DNA from: an uncultured delta proteobacterium
Lineage (GTDB): Bacteria; Myxococcota; Kuafuiibacteriia; Kuafuiibacteriales; Kuafuiibacteriaceae
Assembly (NCBI GenBank): GCA_963803435.1
Contig: CAWDML010000009.1
Coordinates: 1,120,001-1,184,000 of the forward strand
Length of the DNA stretch: 64,000 bases
Direction: 5' to 3'
Each line of letters opens with the position of its first letter. Positions within the stretch are counted from its first letter, which is position 1. The position numbers and the translations under genes are program-made. The notes under the pieces are model-generated. The model saw only the letters and a list, made by a program, of their open reading frames with translations, searched no databases and was not told the DNA's origin. This document shows, piece by piece, positions 31,444 to 40,183 of the stretch.

Positions 31444-31975
31444 GGCGCTCCTGCGCGGGATCAACGCTCTCGGCGCGATCCCGTTCTTCGCCACGCTCGC
31501 CCTGATCCTCTCCTCCCGATGGATGATCCCCGTGATCTGCGGCCCGCTGGCGCTCTCCCTGGCGCGCCGGAGGCGCTGGGCGGCCATGATCACCATCGCG
31601 CTGTCGATGGGCCTCGCCGACGTGGTCAGCTCCCGCGCGGTGAAGCCGCTGGTGGCCCGCGAGCGCCCGTGCCGCGCGCTCACTGGGCTCGCCGCGCCGG
31701 TCAGCTGCGGTCCGGGGCGGAGCTTCCCCTCGAGCCATGCCGCGATCTCGTTCGCGTTCCTGCTCTCGGCCGCGCCCACCGTGCGGCTCGGCTTCGCCAT
31801 CTTCACGCCGCTGGTGGTCGCGATCTCCGGATCGCGCGTACTGCTCGGGGTTCACTACCCGAGCGACGTGGCCGGCGGCGCCGCGATCGGTTCGATCCTC
31901 GGTGCGCTGGCCTGGCTGGGCCGGAAGAAGCTCGAGCTCAGAACGACCAGTCGCCTTCCTTCGACGAGCCCGTGA
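31436..31975 (+). CDS. PAP2-family membrane phosphatase
   Basis: KPLVARERP, SFPSSH and SRVLLGVHYPSDV motifs. Confidence 0.92.
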   Translation: MDEALLRGINALGAIPFFATLALILSSRWMIPVICGPLALSLARRRRWAAMITIALSMGLADVVSSRAVKPLVARERPCRALTGLAAPVSCGPGRSFPSSHAAISFAFLLSAAPTVRLGFAIFTPLVVAISGSRVLLGVHYPSDVAGGAAIGSILGALAWLGRKKLELRTTSRLPSTSP

Positions 31976-32855
31976 GGGACCAGCGCACCAGCTTGGCCTC
32001 GGCCGTCACCGGTCCCTGTCGGATCGTGAACTGCAAGGGAGCTTGCGTATCGTCGTTTGCCAGGAAGACGTCGATCTCGACCTTCGGCGGGTTCTGGTTG
32101 TCGAGCCCGACCGTCGGCCTGCGATCGAACACCGTATTCACCTCGTAGGCGCTGCGCTTCCCGCCCATGGTCTCGATCTCGACGACGCGGTTCACCGACG
32201 CGTCCATGCGCCAGAGTCGCCGCGCCCCGAAGACGTCCTGGCAGCCCTTCATCCCCACCTCGAGGTCGACGCGCCGCGCCGCGTACACCATGGTGAGGAT
32301 GTCCGTGAGGTCGTGCTCGCCGACGTAGGTCCTCGACAGCTCCTGCCCCTGGAGCAGGAAGTCGGCCGTCACCTTGCGTCCGTTCTCGTAGAACCGGATC
32401 TTCTCCCAGCGTGGATCGCCGCCGTAGGTCGACTCGACGCGCACGCCGACCGGCGCCAGCGACACCGGATCGACGAGCGACATGTAGCGGCCCTCGAAGG
32501 ACTCGAACGTGGAGACGAAGCCGTTGGTGCGGGCGCGACCGAACAGCGGGATCACCGTCCGGCCCTGGATCTGCCGCGGCTCCCCGATCTTGATCTCGAG
32601 TCGGCCGACGAACGCCGCGCCCACGGTCAGCTCGTACGCGAGCTCCTCCCCGACCTTGAACGGGCTCTGGTTTCGGAGCGGCAGCTTGTCCATGCCGGCG
32701 CAGCTCGGCTGGAGCTGGCGACGCACGACCGGGTGCGGGATGAGGACGCCCTGCCGCATCGTGTAGCGCCGGGCGTCCGGCTTCGAGGCGGCGCTCGCGG
32801 GCAGCGTCACCAGCGCCGCGAGAAAGATCGAGGATGGGATCGAGGGCTTCGACAA
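31938..32855 (-). CDS. DUF3108-like secreted protein
   Basis: Signal peptide; PFKVGEELAYEL..DILTMVYAAR pattern; TTG start with GAGGAG SD upstream. Confidence 0.7.
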   Translation of the reverse strand: MSKPSIPSSIFLAALVTLPASAASKPDARRYTMRQGVLIPHPVVRRQLQPSCAGMDKLPLRNQSPFKVGEELAYELTVGAAFVGRLEIKIGEPRQIQGRTVIPLFGRARTNGFVSTFESFEGRYMSLVDPVSLAPVGVRVESTYGGDPRWEKIRFYENGRKVTADFLLQGQELSRTYVGEHDLTDILTMVYAARRVDLEVGMKGCQDVFGARRLWRMDASVNRVVEIETMGGKRSAYEVNTVFDRRPTVGLDNQNPPKVEIDVFLANDDTQAPLQFTIRQGPVTAEAKLVRWSLTGSSKEGDWSF

Positions 32856-32874
32856 AAAGACTCCTCTCAGTATA

Positions 32875-33549
32875 GTGCCGGCCATCGCTCCAACGCGTGA
32901 CAGGGCTGCTCTTCTTTCCGTGCTCCTCGGGTTGTCTCTGGTTGGGACGGCGTGGGCGGAGCGCCCACAACGCGTTTCTCCCGCAGAGTTTGGACGGGTC
33001 TTTCGCGAGAATCGCCAGGCGTTGGTCCGCGTGAAGGGCACCACGTGGCGGTCCTACGCCAGCGGCTTCGTGGTGGGGGCGCGCAACGAGATCGTGTTCG
33101 GTGCGAAGGAGTCTCCCACCCCCGAGCTCGAGGTCATCACCGTGGATGGCGCGCGGCACACCGCGGATCTCCTCGGCTACGATCGAGAGCTGGCGATCGG
33201 CGTGGCCCGCGTCCGCGACGGCCACCTGGTGCCCCTCCGCGTGTCGGCGCGCCCCGGGCTGGTGCGGGGCGACTGGGTGATCGCGATGACCCACGACGAG
33301 CGCGGCCGCGCGCAGCCGTTCGCTGGCGTGGTGGAGAGCGACCTCGAGCAGGCGGCGCATCCCAAGGGCGCGCTGGTCGCGCGGGTCGACGTCCCCGGGC
33401 GGCCGGGCAGCCCGGTGCTCTCGACCCGCGGAGAGCTGGTCGGGCTGGCGCTCGATCCCGGCCGTCGCCGGACGCGGGTGGTGGCCATCGAGACCGTGGT
33501 CCCGTTCCTCAGGATGGTGGTGCTTGCCGACGGAAGCCAAGAGCGCTGA
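32875..33549 (+). CDS. Trypsin-like (S1C) fold protein with degenerate catalytic motifs
   Basis: ASGFVV, LLGYD..LAIGVARV, GDWVIA and PGRPGSPVL..GELVG; signal peptide; start uncertain. Confidence 0.7.
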   Translation: MPAIAPTRDRAALLSVLLGLSLVGTAWAERPQRVSPAEFGRVFRENRQALVRVKGTTWRSYASGFVVGARNEIVFGAKESPTPELEVITVDGARHTADLLGYDRELAIGVARVRDGHLVPLRVSARPGLVRGDWVIAMTHDERGRAQPFAGVVESDLEQAAHPKGALVARVDVPGRPGSPVLSTRGELVGLALDPGRRRTRVVAIETVVPFLRMVVLADGSQER

Positions 33550-34234
33550 CGGCGAGGCGCGTCCGGTCGATCGCGACACGCTGATCCGCGAGGTCGTGAT
33601 CGCCTCTGCCGGGATCCTGATCGCGTTCGGGCTCCTCAAGCAGTTCGGGCCCGCCATCCCGTTTCTCGGCGATCACGTCTTCACGATCGCCGCCGCGATT
33701 CAGCTCTACGTGCCACTGCTCCTGATCGGCCGCCGCGGGATCACGCGGCAGACGCTGGGCCTCACGTTCGCCCGCTGGAAGGAGGATCTGGGGATGTTCG
33801 CGGCGCTCGCTGCGGTCACCACGATCCCGTTCGCGATCGGCCACCACTTCTGGATGACCGAGCTCTACCACTACCGCTTCCAGCTGCGCTTTCCGGATGG
33901 GTTCTTCGAGAAGGTGCTGACCCAGATCTTCGTGGTGGCGCTGGCCGAGGAGCTCTTCTACCGCGGTTATCTGCAAGAGCGGTTGCAGCGGATCTGGCCG
34001 GCCCGCGGTACCTTGCTGGGCGCGCCCTTCGGCGCCGCGATCGTGGTGGCGGCAGCGGTGTTCGCGATGGCGCACTTCGTCGGCGAGTACCGCTTCGATC
34101 GGCTGGGACCGTTCTTCCCGGCGCTGCTCTTCGGTCTCCTGCGCGCGCGCACGGGGACAATCGTCGGCGCGATCGCCTACCACGCGTACTGCAACCTGCT
34201 CGGCGACGTGCTGTGGAGCTGCTACCGGCCGTAG
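33524..34234 (+). CDS. CPBP glutamic intramembrane protease, myxosortase (MrtX/MrtC)-like
   Basis: LAEELFYRGYLQ, FAMAH, FFPALLFG and YHAYCN motifs. Confidence 0.82.
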   Translation: MPTEAKSADGEARPVDRDTLIREVVIASAGILIAFGLLKQFGPAIPFLGDHVFTIAAAIQLYVPLLLIGRRGITRQTLGLTFARWKEDLGMFAALAAVTTIPFAIGHHFWMTELYHYRFQLRFPDGFFEKVLTQIFVVALAEELFYRGYLQERLQRIWPARGTLLGAPFGAAIVVAAAVFAMAHFVGEYRFDRLGPFFPALLFGLLRARTGTIVGAIAYHAYCNLLGDVLWSCYRP

Positions 34235-35355
34235 AGCTCGACGACGCAGACCGTGTCCCCTCGTACGGCGACGCCCAGGCCGAGCTCGACCGCGGTGGGG
34301 GAGAGCAGGTTCACCCGGTGGCTCGGGCTGAGGAGGAAATTCTCGTGGGCGCTCTCCACCGTCTGCGCGATCGCCACATTCTCGGCGACCGATCCCCGGA
34401 AGCCCTCCGCGCGGGCCCGCGCCGGCGGATCGCGCCCGCCGAGGACGTGCGCGGCCACCAGCGTGCGACACACCGTCGCGGCGTGCTTCTCGGCCGCTCG
34501 ATCGAGGGGCGCGCTGCGGACCAGCGGAGCCAGGTCCCTCGCGCTGCGGACCGCGGCGATCAGACGCTCGAGGGAGGCGGCATCGTTCTTTTGAGTGGAA
34601 CGCGGAGGGACGGCGGGCTCGGCCCTCGGAACGCCGACGGCGAAGGTCCAGAGGGCGGCGACCTCAGGCCCGCGATCGCGCTCGGCGAGGAGCTCCACCG
34701 TGTATCGACCCTTGCCGCGATCGATGGGGACCCGGAGCGAGAGGAGGTCGCCCCGCCGCGCCACCGTTCGGGGCTCGACGTGGCCCTCCAGGCACAGCGG
34801 GGTGGTGCACGGCCCCAGCGCGAAGGCCTCGACCCGGACCCCAGGGAGCGCCCGGCCCCGAACCACCACGGGGCCCCGCTTCGGGCTCGGCGGGAGGGGC
34901 GCCAGCGTCACCAGGCGCCGGGAGAGGATCGCCACCAAGGCCCTGCGGTCCCCATGCTCCGCGAAGGCGAGCCCGAGGTGGGTAGCGCCCCGCAATCGGG
35001 CCCAATCGGCGAACTCGAGCAGCTTGGCGCCGAGGGCCTCGCTGTCCTCTCCGAGGCCGGAGAACGGGAAGAGCTGCGCGTCGGCCAGCCCTTCCCGGGC
35101 GAGGTCGGCCTCCAGGCGGGGCCGGGTCGCGCGGGCCGGATCCTCGAGGATGGCGCGGGCGTGCCGCCGGGCCGCTTGGGAGAGGGAGGGGTCGACGATG
35201 AGCGGTTTACCCGTCGAGGCCCGGACGGCAACGGCCTCGATCAACTGGCTCGGGCGGGGTTCCGCCCCTGCCGGAACTGTGAAGAAGAGTAAAATGAGGG
35301 TGATCACTGCTCGACGGGCAGAAAAAGGTGAGAACCTCTCTGAGCGTCGAAACAT
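34222..35355 (-). CDS. Secreted CAP/SCP-domain protein
   Basis: LDRAAEKHA..AENVA..SPSHRVNLL..LGLGVA; degenerate N-terminal CAP copy; start uncertain. Confidence 0.8.
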   Translation of the reverse strand: MFRRSERFSPFSARRAVITLILLFFTVPAGAEPRPSQLIEAVAVRASTGKPLIVDPSLSQAARRHARAILEDPARATRPRLEADLAREGLADAQLFPFSGLGEDSEALGAKLLEFADWARLRGATHLGLAFAEHGDRRALVAILSRRLVTLAPLPPSPKRGPVVVRGRALPGVRVEAFALGPCTTPLCLEGHVEPRTVARRGDLLSLRVPIDRGKGRYTVELLAERDRGPEVAALWTFAVGVPRAEPAVPPRSTQKNDAASLERLIAAVRSARDLAPLVRSAPLDRAAEKHAATVCRTLVAAHVLGGRDPPARARAEGFRGSVAENVAIAQTVESAHENFLLSPSHRVNLLSPTAVELGLGVAVRGDTVCVVELYGR

Positions 35356-35600
35356 TTCGACGACCTTTTTCGTTTGGAACAGAGGCGACGGGTGAGCATT
35401 CGCTGCGGGCCGAGGACAATGTCTACACAGCCGGTGACAGTTTGTCAGGGTACGGAACACCACTCGACGATCGCTCGACCGGGGAAGCGCTCGAATTTCA
35501 TGGACCCAGTAACTTCCCGCAATTTTGGTCCGGATCGTGCCTTTGATTTTGGATGGGACGAGATGCCAAGCTCGTCCCTCACGTAGGTCAGGGAGAAGAC

Positions 35601-36254
35601 ATGTTCGGATTCAGACGACACTCCAACAACACCCAACGATCGGAGTTCGAGTCCCTCACGCTCGAGCACATGGACGCCCTCTACGGGGCGGCCTTGCGGC
35701 TCACCCGGAGCCCCAAGGATGCGGAGGATCTGGTCCAGGACACCTTCCTCAAGGCCTTCCGGTTCTTCGACAGCTTCGAGCGCGGCACCAACATCAAGGC
35801 CTGGCTCTTCAAGATCCAGACAAACACCTTCATCAACAAGTACCGCCGGAAGGTGAAGGAGCGGGAGGTCGCCGAGACCCCCGCCGAGGATATCGTGCTG
35901 GATCGCTTCGTCTCTTCGGAGCAAGTGCGCGCCCTGCAGGATCCGGAAGGCGACTTCTTCGGCCGGCTGCTCTCCGACGAGGTCGTCGAGGCCCTCGATC
36001 AGGTTCCCGTCGACTTCCGCATGGTCGTCATCCTGGCCGACATTCAGGGCTTCTCGTACAAGGAGATCGCGGAGATCGTCGGCTGCCCGGTCGGCACCGT
36101 GATGAGCCGGCTGTTCCGGGGACGGCGCATCCTCCAGAAACACCTCTATCAGTACGCCATTCGCGAAGGCATCATCAGCCCGCAGATCGACGATGCCGGG
36201 CATGCGATCGACCTGGACGAATACCGAAGCCGGAAGAAGCAAAAGACCGCCTGA
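35601..36254 (+). CDS. rpoE: ECF sigma-70 factor (RpoE1-like)
   Basis: DAEDLVQDTFLKA, KAWLFKI and SYKEIAEIVGCPVGTVMSRLFRGR. Confidence 0.92.
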   Translation: MFGFRRHSNNTQRSEFESLTLEHMDALYGAALRLTRSPKDAEDLVQDTFLKAFRFFDSFERGTNIKAWLFKIQTNTFINKYRRKVKEREVAETPAEDIVLDRFVSSEQVRALQDPEGDFFGRLLSDEVVEALDQVPVDFRMVVILADIQGFSYKEIAEIVGCPVGTVMSRLFRGRRILQKHLYQYAIREGIISPQIDDAGHAIDLDEYRSRKKQKTA

Positions 36255-36447
36255 CCGACGCCCCGCCCCTCCCCAATCCCTCCAAGACACTCCAAATCCT
36301 GGGTTTCGTAGCGTTCAGCACGCCTGCGCCGTGCGTCTCTTGCGCTTTCGCCTGGAATGACTCTCAATGCTCTAGCGTTTCCTGGACGCCCCACCTGCGA
36401 GTGGGCCCTTGTGGGCCTGGGCTCTGCCGGCGGTGAAGGCACAAACC

Positions 36448-37233
36448 ATGGACTGCCGTGAGGTTGATCGACTCGCCGACCTCAGCTTGGACGGCGAAAC
36501 AGAGCTCCCGGAGCAGGCGGAAGTCGAAGGCCATCTGGTCGCCTGCACCCACTGCCGCGCGAAGCACGAGGGGCGCTCCTGGTTCCACAACCGGCTGCGC
36601 GCCAAGTTGCGGGAGTCGTCGGACGAGCTGGCGGCGCCCACCTCCTTGAAGCTTCAGATCGCGACCCAGCTGCGTGTCCAGGATCGGCACGGGCCGGCCT
36701 CGCTGCGCTGGGGCCGCGCGGTGCCGGCGACGCTCGCGCTCGGGACTGTGGTGATCTTGAGCTGGACCATGTCCTCCACCGGGTCGACGCTCGACCCGGA
36801 GGAGCAGGTGGCCCACCACAGCCGGAACCTGCCGCCCGAGGTCCGCGGGCGCGACGGCGAGAAGCTCGAGCAACTCTTCCAGCGGAACCTCCGTTACCCG
36901 GTGCGCGTGCCCCGGCTCTCCCAGCCGAACGACCCCAGCGGAGCCACGGTCCAGCTCGTGGGTGGCCGCCTCTCCAACATCAAGAACCGCGACGCGGCGT
37001 ACATCATGTATGACGATCGGGGTGCTCGGATCTCGCTGTTCGCGTACCCGATCGACGGGCAGGTCAACCTGCCCAAGGACTTCCAGGAGCAGCGCGTCGG
37101 AAATCGCAGCATGATGGTGGGTAAGCATCGAGGCTACAACGTGGTCGCGTGGGCGTCGGGCGACGTCCTCTATTCGCTGGTGTCCGAAGTGGATCCGGTC
37201 GAGCTGGTGCAACTCGCCTCCACGATCGAGTGA
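36448..37233 (+). CDS. Zinc-binding (zf-HC2) transmembrane anti-sigma factor
   Basis: HLVACTHC motif, one TM helix and a periplasmic domain; directly downstream of the ECF gene. Confidence 0.88.
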   Translation: MDCREVDRLADLSLDGETELPEQAEVEGHLVACTHCRAKHEGRSWFHNRLRAKLRESSDELAAPTSLKLQIATQLRVQDRHGPASLRWGRAVPATLALGTVVILSWTMSSTGSTLDPEEQVAHHSRNLPPEVRGRDGEKLEQLFQRNLRYPVRVPRLSQPNDPSGATVQLVGGRLSNIKNRDAAYIMYDDRGARISLFAYPIDGQVNLPKDFQEQRVGNRSMMVGKHRGYNVVAWASGDVLYSLVSEVDPVELVQLASTIE

Positions 37234-37273
37234 TCGGGCCAGAGGTTTCGCGGGTTTGTGCTCGGCTGCTCGT

Positions 37274-37302
37274 TTGACATGAAATCAGGCCGGTCGTAGC
37301 TT
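37274..37302 (+). promoter_or_regulatory. Sigma70-type promoter for the frzS-like gene (probably leaderless)
   Basis: TTGACA-N17-TAGCTT, 8 nt before ATG 37311; no SD. Confidence 0.6.
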
Positions 37303-37310
37303 CGGCCAGC

Positions 37311-38865
37311 ATGGGATCGGTTCTCATCATTGACGCCGACGACGGCTTCGCGAGCGATCTCGTCAGCGTGCTCAGCTCGCGAGGGCTCGACGTTCAGGTC
37401 ACACCCGACGGCAAAGCCGGCTTGGATCTTGCGCGCATCAACATCCCCGACGCGATCGTGCTGTGTGTCGAGCTGCCGCGGATGTCGGGGTACTCGATCT
37501 GCGCCAAGCTCAAGAAGGACACCACGCTCAAGACGGTACCGCTGATCATCACCAGCGCGGAGGCTACACAGGAGACGTTCGAGCACCACAAGAAGCTGAA
37601 GACGCGGGCCGAAGAGTACATGAAGAAGCCGTTCGCGCCGGAGGACTTGGTGCATGTCCTCGCCGCGTATGTCGGCATGTCGACCGCCAACGGCCACGAG
37701 GTGGTCTCCGAAGAGCTCTCGATGGACGACGACGTCGAGCCGGCGACGCTCAACGATGACGAGGTCTTCGACGCACACGAAGGCGACGGAATGGCGTCCA
37801 TCGATCAGGAGATCCAGAACCTGAAAAAGCAGCAGTTCCTGCCACCGGATCTCACCGGTGGCGCCGCGCTTCAGGAGACCTTCGACGACGAAGACATGAT
37901 GACCACCGTCGGTGGGGCGACCGAGGAGGTGCTGCAGGCCGCCAAGGCCGAGGTCGAGCGTCACGCCCAGGAGATCCAGAAGCTCAAGGCCCAGCTCGCC
38001 AGCGAGAAGGAGGCCCGGACCAGGTCCGAGCGGGAGCGCGACCTCGCCCTCGCGAACGAGAAGGCCGCCGCCGCCCAGCTGCAGAAGATGAGCTCGAGCC
38101 AACCGCCGACCGCGGCGTCGACAGGCCGCGAGGTGCTCGAGCTCAAGAAGCAGCTCAACGCCAAGGACCGCGAAGTCCTCGATCTGAAGGGTCAGCTTCA
38201 GGAGAAGGAAAAGGACAGCCTGGCCGGTCGCGACAAGGAGATGGAGCTCGAGAGCCAGATCGTCGAGGCGCGGGAGGCCCAGTCGGCCGCCGAGCAGAGC
38301 CGCTCCCAGCTCGAGGCCAAGCTCGCCGCGGTCGAGGCCCGCGCGCACGAGATCGAGCGCTCGTCGGCGGCGAAGATCGAGCAGATGGATCGGCAGCTGG
38401 CCCAGCTCAACACGCAGGCCGCCGAGCTCGATGGGACCGTCCAGTCTCTCACCCAGGAGCTCAATGACGCGCAGGAGGACCTCGAGGCCCTCAACGCCAA
38501 GAATCAGGAGCACCAGTCGAAGATCTCTCACCTCAACAACGAGCTCGGCGCCTCGCGCTCGGAGGCCTCCGGCCTCAGGGATCAGCTCGGAGACGCGCAG
38601 GACACGATCCGCGAGCTCAACGACCAGATCGACGGCATCCGCTCGTCCCTCGACTCGGCCAACGACGAGAATCAAGAACCTCAAGTCGAGCATCGACGAG
38701 ACCGAGGACCGTTTGTCGCGGGCGTACCAGAAGATCCGCGAGGACGAGGACGTGAAGGCGAAGGCCAAGAAGGCCCTCGAGATCGCCTCCGCGCTGCTGG
38801 TGGAGGCCGGCTTCTCCGCAGACGGCGAGCCCTCCGACGACCTCGACAAGATCGCCGCGGGGTGA
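37311..38865 (+). CDS. frzS: FrzS-like pseudo-receiver plus long coiled coil; frameshift at ~38670
   Basis: Receiver lacks the phospho-Asp (IVLCVELP); GYSICAKLKKD..HHKKLKTRAEEY resembles M. xanthus FrzS (from memory); removing one A continues the coiled coil to RAYQKIREDE..ALEIA. Confidence 0.7.
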
Positions 38866-39021
38866 GCCCGTGGGGCCCCGGTCGGCCAACCCGTCCGATC
38901 GTTCGCTGTTCGCACGAGCTGGTGAGGAACAGCGAATGCCAGAACAAGTGCAACCCGGAATAGCGAACGGCCCGCCCACCCACTCTTCGCGTCCAGGCCG
39001 TGGGGCCCGAACAGGCTGGCG

Positions 39022-40165
39022 TCAGCCGTCCTTGTTGCGGACGAGCTGGGCGGCGCGGTTGCGGACGCCGGCCTGGACGTTCTTCGACTTGGCGACGAGC
39101 TTGAGATCGCGGCCGTTGAGGAGGGGGACCAGCTTCATGGCGTCGGGGAGCGGAGCCTTGGGGTTGTTCACCAGCGCCAGCTTCACCTGGTAGTTCCGGA
39201 CCCAGTTGTTCTTCTTGTCCTTGGCGATGTGGGCGATGACGTCGGAGTGGACGGTGCGGGACTGGGCGGCGGCGATGATCTCGCTCTCGGTGACGGCCGG
39301 TGAGGTGACGGCAGCGAGGGCGACCAGGCGGTTGGTGTCGCGCATGAAGAGGGAGCGGACGGTCTTGGTGCCTTTGGTGGCCAGGGCCACCTTCTGGGGT
39401 GTGCTCAGATCGCGGACCAGCTGCTCGACCGTGCGGCGCGCCTGCTCGGTGACGTCGCCTTCCTCGTCCTCCTCGATGAGCCGGCGGGTGCCGCGCTCGG
39501 CCTTCTGCTCGTCGGTGAGGAACTGCTCGTCGAGGAGCTCGAGCGGGATGTCGCCGAGGAGCGCGTCGGCCGCCTTGAGACGCTCCTCACCGGTGAGGCG
39601 GAGCAGGGCGTCGGCGAACTCGGCGACGCCCTCCAGGATGATCCCGTTGCGGACGAGGAAGTCGATGACGCGATCGACGGTGGATTTGAGCGCGTTTCCG
39701 TTGCGGATGAGGGCCCGGGCAATCTCGGGGGCGTCCAGCACGCGGGCCTGATTGTTCGCGATGATTCTCGCAGGTCGCCTCGGAGCAGACCTCGGCCACC
39801 GAGGCAAACGCGGCCGTGGGCGTGCTGGGGTTGAGGAGGATCTTCTCGGCGAAGGCGTCGTTGGTGGCGACCGCCTTGGCCAGGAACCCGAGGACCCAGG
39901 GGTTGATCGATTTGTCCGTCAAGACCGCGTTGCCGATGCGGGCGTCCAGCTCGGTGAGGCTCTTCTCGGCGGCCGCTCGGACCTTTTCATCGGGATCGAA
40001 GGTCAGGACGTACTGCGCGGTGACCAGGTCCTTGGGCGCCATCGGCGCCATCCCGCGGGCCGTCATCAGGCGGAGGGGAGGGGGCGCCTTGTCTCCGGCG
40101 TGTCGGAGCACCGCCGCTTCCATCTGGTCGACGGGGATGGGGCAGGTTCCGGGTGCGTCGCTCAT
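39022..40165 (-). CDS. Conserved helical-repeat myxobacterial protein (possible SgmO-like); frameshift at ~39765
   Basis: Two ORFs join as CE-IIANNQ after one base is removed; QKVALATKG..NYQVKLALVNNPKAP; position next to frzS-like and coaX. Confidence 0.65.
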
Positions 40166-40183
40166 CGATCGGGGGGAAGTGTA

